A stretch of 37,326 bases of DNA, from assembly GCF_001194135.2 (NCBI RefSeq), contig NC_069003.1, positions 10,717,016 through 10,754,341 on the forward strand. Reading direction: 5' to 3'. The notes under the pieces were generated by a model. The model was given only the letters and a program-made list of their open reading frames with translations. It did no database searches and was not told where the DNA came from. This DNA comes from Octopus bimaculoides (lineage: Eukaryota). The translations under genes and the position numbers were made by a program. This document shows, piece by piece, positions 30,840-37,326 of the stretch; within the stretch, counting starts at the first letter, position 1; each line of letters begins with the position of its first letter.

Positions 30840-31125
30840 TCCACACTATGTGCCTACACTCACTGTGTGCCCATGTTGACTAAGTACTGGCATACATGGG
30901 TTTCCCATGAACACACTATTACTATGTGCCTATGCTATATGCTCAGGTTTACTGTTTGTTCATGCTTACTGCAGGCCCATACTATGTGCACACAGTATAT
31001 ACCCATGCTTATTGTGTGCCTACATTATCTATGTACCCACACTCACAATGCGCCCATATTTCCTAAGGGCACATGCTTACTATTCACCCATCCTTCCTAC
31101 AGGCACGTTTCCTATGTGCACATAT
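30840..31125. repeat. Degenerate minisatellite, unit of about 16 bp (ACTATGTGCCCATGCT-like)
   Basis: Recurrent ACTATGTGC, CCCATGCTTA and ACACTCAC motifs. Confidence 0.7.
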
Positions 31126-31134
31126 TTCTAACAT

Positions 31135-31455
31135 AAAGTAAAGACTCCCTTCGGTCATGACTGACCATGGGATTGCACCTAGAATGTTCCCCTCCCAGGC
31201 ACAAGTCCGGGGCAAGGTTGTTTATGGAAGACCGGCAGTCGCCCATGCATACCGGCCTTCCCTCTCCACGCCACCGATGTCATCCAAGAGAAAGGTAAAA
31301 GCCGATGTAGCTTGGCACCAGTGACGTCGCAACTCATTTCTATGGCTGAGTAAATAGGAGCAGTGTGAAATAAAGTGCCCTGCTCAAGAACACAACACAG
31401 CCTAGTATAGGAATTGAACTCACAACCTCACGATTGTAAGCTGAACACTAACCAT
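31135..31455 (-). mobile_element. SINE-C
   Basis: GACTCCCTTCGGTCATGACTGACC...GCTCAAGAACACAACAC...GGAATTGAACTCAC. Confidence 0.9.
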
Positions 31456-31859
31456 AAGTTTAGTAATGGGCTCATGTTTCCTATGGACACACATGCTATT
31501 TAAATGTAATCCAATACATCCAGTGTCAACAATTTCTATGACTGTATGACCGAGTTAGCTGATATCAGTGCAAGTTTTAAAACAAAACCGCAGTTTAGAC
31601 AGGATGTCTAAATTATACCTGCACAATAAATCAAAGAAAAATACGGCATAAAAGACAACAACCAAGTTACTAATGATGATGATGATGAAGAAGCAGTTAT
31701 ATTTACATCAAGTGTTTATTTTTTTTTGCAACAGTGCAAGATTTTTTTCAAGGTTTTCGTACAAGACATTTCTCTTGGTAACGGCACAAAGATTAAGTTT
31801 CTACCTTCATTTTGGTTCAATGTGTTTATTTTTTTTTGTTTTCTCTTTCATGATAACAG

Positions 31860-32205
31860 TTGTTGTTGGTGGTGGTGGTGGTGGTGGTGGTGGTGATGAT
31901 AATGATGATGCTGACAAACGAGTGGTGTGTTTGTGGGTGTGTGGGGTGGGGGTATGCAATCGGTGTTGCTGCTGAAAGATGACGTGTGGAGGAGAGGATG
32001 AGGCAGAGGAGGAAGCGAAGAAAAAGCTGGTGGTGATGGTGATGGGAAACATGATGATGATAAAGCAGTGATGATGATGCTATTGTTGATGTGGTGGAAG
32101 TGATGACAATGACACGACACTGTTGTCGATGCGGTAGTGGAGGTGACACTGTTGCTCATGATGTAGTAGAAGTAACGATGATGTTGATAATATGTAATAA
32201 TAATC
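31860..32205. repeat. Degenerate (GGT)n/(GAT)n trinucleotide field
   Basis: Direct reading; it produces the His- and Thr-rich pseudo-ORFs. Confidence 0.9.
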
Positions 32206-32628
32206 ATTACTATAGGCACAAGGTCTCAAAATTTGGAGGGGAGGGGACTAGTTGATTACACCTACCCTAGTGCTGGACTGGTTTTATCAACCTCCAAAAG
32301 ATGAAACACTAGGTTGATCTTAGCAAAATTTGAACTCAGAACATGAAGCTTGGCGAATTGCCACCAAGTGATTTGTCCAGCGTTGCTAATGGTTGTGTCA
32401 GCTAGCCACCTAAATAATAATAGTAATAATAATAATCCTGAAATTTGGTGGGGAGAGGACTAGTCGACTACATCAATCCCAGTGTTTCATTGCTACTTAA
32501 TTTATAAACCCCCGAAAGGATGAAAGACAAAGGTGACCTTGGCAGAATTTGAACTCAGACCATAAAGACAGGTCAAATACTGCTAAGCATTTTGTCCAGC
32601 GTGCTAACAATTCTGCCAGCTCACCACC
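32190..32628 (-). mobile_element. Two head-to-tail SINE-B copies
   Basis: Heads (reverse complement) end at 32410 and 32628; (AAT)n spacers between units. Confidence 0.85.
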
Positions 32629-32870
32629 ATAATAATAATAATTAATTCGTTTTATTGGCCACAAGGGCTAATATCAATCAAAAACATGAAAGGACAAAGA
32701 CAGGACAAAGGTTACAAGAGGTTTTGTCCGAAAAGTAGAAAAACGTTCGTGTAAACAGAGGAAGAAACGGAGAAAGATAAAACAAATAAAACTCCCAATA
32801 AGGGGAGGCGCTTCGAAAAAGAAAAGGTTACACGTGGAAAAACCCATAAAACCACGGGAGCCTGGTCAGA
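32629..32870 (-). mobile_element. 3' end of a probable LINE sharing its tail with one SINE-B subtype
   Basis: Minus strand ends TTAGCCCTTGTGGCCAATAAAACGAATT(ATT)n; compare the SINE-B tail TTAGCCCCTTGTGGGCAATAAAGAAAT at 1273-1302. Confidence 0.5.
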
Positions 32871-33409
32871 AAAAATAAGAAAGGGGTAATAATAATACTA
32901 ATAATAATCTTTTCTTTCTTATTGTTCTAAGACCGATAGATGAGGGTGTATCATAATATAAGGGCATGTTAGAAAACTGTTGGGGGTTTGAATTGAATAC
33001 AGAAGACAGACATGAAATGACAACAACAATACAAGTGTATATGGCATGAAACTTCATAAGGAAACATTCCCATGGGGTCAATCAGCTGACCCCTCCCACA
33101 AACCATGGATTACCTATACTATCAAGTGGAAGTGCCCTCTCTTTCTCTCAACTATTTCCCAACCAATAGGTATAATACAGAGAGTAGGATCATTCACTCA
33201 GGCTATATTTGTCAATCTTACCCACCTTTCAGCATATTTATTGGAGGGTAGCATCATTCAACTCTCCACCTTCCTGCTCTTTAAGTGAATTTGGAGAAGT
33301 TGATGAGGGTTTAACAGAAGTGGAACGTGTCTGTCCTCAGTCCCTTTCAATCTTATCCCTCATGCAACAACCACTTTCTACATAGTGCCCGTGGTTGTAC
33401 GATGGAGGA

Positions 33410-33560
33410 AGACCATGGTGATGAAGATGGCGGTGGTGGGGATAGTGATGGTAATGGTGACGACAATGATGATGATGATGATGATGATGATGACGACGCT
33501 ATTGTTGCCAAGACAGTAGTGATGATGGTGGTGGTGATAGAGGAGGAGGTGGTGGTGCTT
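33410..33560. repeat. (GAT)n/(GGT)n low-complexity field
   Basis: Direct reading; the poly-Asp ORF is an artefact. Confidence 0.9.
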
Positions 33561-33760
33561 ATGCTGCACCTATAGAGTTTATTACTACAACACGGATATG
33601 TGCCAAATATTCACATCTCTCACCCACCACCACCACTGCTGCTGCCTACCATACCCACCCACCCTTCAGCATAAGATGCAGGAATAATCAACATTCACAG
33701 TTGTTCAGTTTACTTCTCCTTCATTTGTTTACATTCTCTTTATTGCTGTTTATTTCGTGA

Positions 33761-34910
33761 AGGCTGCAAGATGGCAGAAGTGTCAGCAGGCTGGACAAAA
33801 GCACTTGACAGCATTTCAGCCATCTTTACATTCTGAGTTCAAATTCTGCCAAGGAAGATCTCTACCTTTCATCTTTTCGGGGGTCGATTAAATATGTACC
33901 AGTTATGCACTGGGGATCAATGTAATCAACTAGCTTCCTACCCCAGAAATTTCAGGCCTTGTGCATACAGTAGAAAGGATTATTACTATTATTATTATTA
34001 AGGTGGCGAGCTGGCAGAATCATTAGCGTGCCGTGCAAAATGCTAAGCGGTATTTCACCTGTAACTAGATTCTGAGTTCAAATTCCATTGAGGTCAACTT
34101 TGCCTTTCATCCTTTCGGGGTCGATTAAATAAGTACCAGTTAAACACTGGGGTCAATGTAATTGACTTAATCTTTTTGTCTGTCCTTGTTTGACTCCTCT
34201 ATGTTTAACCATAATAGTAATAAAAATTATTATTATTATTATGACAATGAGCTGGCAGAATCATTAGTACACCAGGCAAAATGCTTAGTGGCATTTCATC
34301 CATCTTTATGTTCTGAGTTCAAATTCCAATGGGGTCAACTTTGCCTTTCATGATCAATAAATTGAGTGCCAGTACTGAGGCTCAACGTAATCAACCCCAA
34401 AAAGCCTCCTGCCCCCAAAATTCCAAGTCTTGTGCATACAATAAAAAGGATTATTATTATTATTATTATTATCATTATTAATGCAGTGAGCTGGCAGAAT
34501 CATTAGCACGCCAGACAAAATGCAGCTAAGCCTTTTTTCTGTCTTTACGGTCTGAGTTCAAATTCTGCTGAGGTTGACTTTGCCAGTTTTCCTTTCGGAA
34601 TCAATGAAAAAGGTACCAGTGAAGCACTGGAGTAATTGTAATCAATTTAGCCTCTCCCCACAAAATTTCAAACTCTGTGCCAATAGTAGAAAGGATTTTT
34701 ATTATCAATGTAGAAAGCTGGCAGAATCATTAGCAACCCAGACAAAATGCTTTGCTGTCAGTCCTTACATTCTGAGTTCAAATTCTACCAAGGTCAACCT
34801 TGCCTTTCATCCTTTCCAATAAAATAAGAACCAGTTGAGCGCTGGAGTTGATGTAATCGGCTTCCCTACCACTCAAAATTGCTGGTCTGGAGCCAAATTA
34901 AGAAAGAATT
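33761..34910 (+). mobile_element. Five head-to-tail SINE-B copies (period about 240 bp)
   Basis: Heads at about 33761, 34001, 34243, 34482 and 34711; CTGAGTTCAAATT in each; (ATT)n linkers. Confidence 0.92.
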
Positions 34911-34974
34911 GCTGTTTGTTTTGTGGTTTTAGACTTAATGCATCAGAGCAAGGATGTTTTTCTATGCATGTGGT

Positions 34975-35247
34975 GTACACAAATACAGGCCCAATTAATC
35001 TACATGCACATAAGCATACACATATATACATCTATTAACATGTATGTACAGACACAAAAAGACACACACTCATGTTATCACATGCACACATTTATTTATA
35101 CATGCAATTTGTGTATATTACAGAAAACCATACATCCTTACATCAACATGCAAACATCCACATGTCCACATGCACACACTAAGCATGTGTATAGATGAGT
35201 TTCTGTGTGTGCATACATGGTAAATATGCACATGTAGAAGTGTGTGG

Positions 35248-35283
<36 letters not shown>

Positions 35284-35530
35284 CTGGGTTCGTGTTGAAG
35301 TGCAGATGTAGATTTAAATGTACATGTGTATGTCTACATACATGCTGTGTTGTAGATGTGCATGAGTGACGTAAATTCACATGTAGATGTTTGTGAGCAT
35401 TCTGAACGTGCATGTTATATAGTGTGCATGTGCATCACAAGTGTTGCAGATGTGCATGTTGTGTATTGTGAATGTGCATATGCTTATTCATGTTGCAAAC
35501 ATGCATACTGCGAATGTGTGCATATATGAG
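34975..35530. repeat. Alternating purine-pyrimidine CATG/TGCA low-complexity field
   Basis: CA-rich left part, TG-rich right part. Confidence 0.8.
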
Positions 35531-36104
35531 AGGTGGTGGTTGATAAATAGCTGGAATTATTTCGTTACTTTTTGGGGGTGAGGAGAATGCATTCCAACCA
35601 ATGCCACCGTTTGTTTAGAGCAATTCAAACCTGCAGCAGCTCAACATAAAATTCCTGCAGCATCAGTGTGCCAAGCTAAAAATACAGGTAGTGAGAGAGA
35701 AAGAGAGAAAGAGAGAGTGTGTGTGTGTGTGTAAGAGAGAAAGCGGGGAAGAGTGTGAAAGAGAGAGACTAAGAGAAAAGAAGAATGATGCAGTAGAAGA
35801 CAACAAACTGAACTGAAAATGTGCCAAGAAGGAAACTATAATGTCACCACCCATTATTTCCAGAGAATATAACATCATTATATGTATACCCACATATATT
35901 ACCCGTATCCCCAGCTCTCAAATAACCATTCTTAGTTTTTCTGTCACCATTGTCCCCTTTCCAAATCTACACCTACCACATACAAGACACCACTATTACC
36001 ACCACATAGTTACCGCTGGTACAGTGGTTGGTCAAAGAGTAGAGGAAGTGAAGCGGTTACGAGGTCTTGTCTTACCAAGGACCATCCAACCTCTCTTGTG
36101 CTAG

Positions 36105-36175
36105 TATCATGAGAAATTACACCCAGTACACACTATAAAGATGTTAGCAATAGGAAGGGCAGCCAGCTGTAACAT
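36105..36175 (+). mobile_element. E-family internal fragment
   Basis: CACCCAGTACACACTATAAAGATGTTAGCAATAGGAAGGGCAGCCAGCTGTA, colinear with 16070-16120. Confidence 0.6.
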
Positions 36176-36224
36176 CACTCTATATATCTATATATCTATA
36201 TATATATATATATATATATATATA

Positions 36225-36735
36225 GGTGCAGGAGTAGCTGTGTGGTAAGTAGCTTGCTTACCAACCACATGGTTCTGGGTTCAGTCCCACTGCGTGACAC
36301 CTTGGGCAAGTGTCTTCTACTATAGCCTTGGGCCGACCAAAGGTGTGGCTGCATGGTATCGAAGCTCGTTTCCCAACCACATGGTTCCAGGCTCAGTCCC
36401 ACTGTGTGACACCTTGGGCAACTGTCTTTTTCTATAGCCTCAGACCAACCAAAGCCTTGTGAGTGGATTTGGTAGACGGAAACTGAAAGAAGCCCATCGT
36501 ATATATGCATATATATATATATGTATGTGTGTGTGTATGTGTTTGTCCCCCCAACTTCGCTTGACAACCGATGCTGGTGTGTTTCCGTCCCCGTAACTTA
36601 GCGGTTCGGCAAAACAGACTGATAGAATAAGTACTAGGCTTACAAAGAATAAGTCCTGGGGTCAATTTGCTCGACTAAAGGCGGTGCTCCAGCATGGCCG
36701 CAGTCAAATGACTGAAACAAGTAAAAGAGTAAAAG
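36225..36735 (+). mobile_element. SINE-A with two consecutive heads
   Basis: Head 1 at 36225-36342, head 2 at 36343-36454 (both end CCAAAG), then a normal body and tail. Confidence 0.9.
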
Positions 36736-36868
36736 ACTATACCTACATATGCAGGGCAATTCAAAATGAAAGTTACAAAAACAAACCATACATGCACTTG
36801 TAGTAATGGATACATTGTAAAAATACAGATGTAACATGAAAGGTTAACTCTTCAAGTTTCTACTGACA

Positions 36869-37125
36869 GTCACAGATGGTCTCAGGTTCAGTCCCACTGC
36901 TAGGCACCTTGCTGCAGTTCACTCATCTGCAGAAATGAGTCGTGACATCACTGGTGCCAAGCTGTATTGGCTTTTGCCTTTCTCTTGGATAACATCGGTG
37001 GTGTAGAGTGGGGAGGCTGGTATGCATGGGTGATTGCTGGTCTTCCATAAAACAACCTTGCCCAGACTTGTGCCTCGGAAGGGAACTTTCTAGGTGTAAT
37101 CTCATTGTCATTCATGTCCGAAGGG
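36869..37125 (+). mobile_element. Chimeric SINE: SINE-A B-box segment joined to SINE-C body
   Basis: GGTTCAGTCCCACTGCTAGGCACCTTG is followed directly by CAGTTCACTCATCTGCAGAAATGAG...GTCCGAAGGGGGTC. Confidence 0.7.
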
Positions 37126-37326
37126 GGTCTTTACCGTTACTAGATAAGCACTGGTGTCGATTTGATTGACTGAAACTCTTAAAAGAAGGTGTGACCCTGT
37201 ATGGCCACAGTTCACTCACTGACTGAAATCAGTAACAGAATTAGATACGATCTGGAATAGCGTGAGAAGTGCGGTGTTGAATGCTCAAGCACTTGCAGAT
37301 GGCAAAAGCTTGTTACAGACGTACTT

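Noticed and set aside
33223-33290. Minus-strand exon ending at GG|GTAAGA
   Set aside because: Stop codons in all three frames; it could only be non-coding, and I have no further support.
31673-33575. His-, Asp-, Thr- and Gly-rich ORFs
   Set aside because: These are translations of (GGT)n/(GAT)n microsatellite fields.
33761-34910. CRISPR-like array
   Set aside because: Units are whole diverged SINEs of about 240 bp, with no short identical repeats, unique spacers or cas genes; the context is eukaryotic.

Overview
AT-rich, microsatellite-saturated animal genomic DNA from a short-read scaffold: 12 N-gaps totalling about 4.2 kb, most of them bordered by simple repeats. The repeat landscape (several tRNA-derived SINE families, RTE LINE debris, MITEs, Helitron, Penelope-like pieces) suggests a coleoid cephalopod such as Octopus; this is my inference and is not database-confirmed. 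I can support no host protein-coding gene, rRNA, genuine tRNA or CRISPR array. The ORF track is almost entirely microsatellite, gap or SINE artefact, and the only protein-like stretches are decayed RTE ORF2 fragments. The window is probably intronic or intergenic. Working labels used below: SINE-A = head GGCGCAGGAGTGGCTGTGTGGTAAG, CORE-like CCTTGGGCAAGT, internal microsatellite, tail CAGTCAAATGACTGAAACAAGTAAAAGAG. SINE-B = head GGCGAGCTGGCAGAATCGTTAGC, (ATT)n tail. SINE-C = head GTGAAGGCGCATGGCTCAGTGG. SINE-D = head GTGGAGGCGCAATGGCCCAGTGG, (CAA)n tail. E and F = elements ending in an RTE-type ...GGACGTTAAA(C/T)GATGATG tail. Best leads: (1) a complete set of hammerhead-ribozyme core parts in a non-canonical, pseudoknotted strand order at 18349-18403; (2) a minimal dimer-type hammerhead in a Penelope/retrozyme-like insert at 29242-29278; (3) head-to-tail SINE-B chains, two of them in opposite orientation about 1.1 kb apart; (4) modular SINE head/tail swapping at an internal microsatellite.
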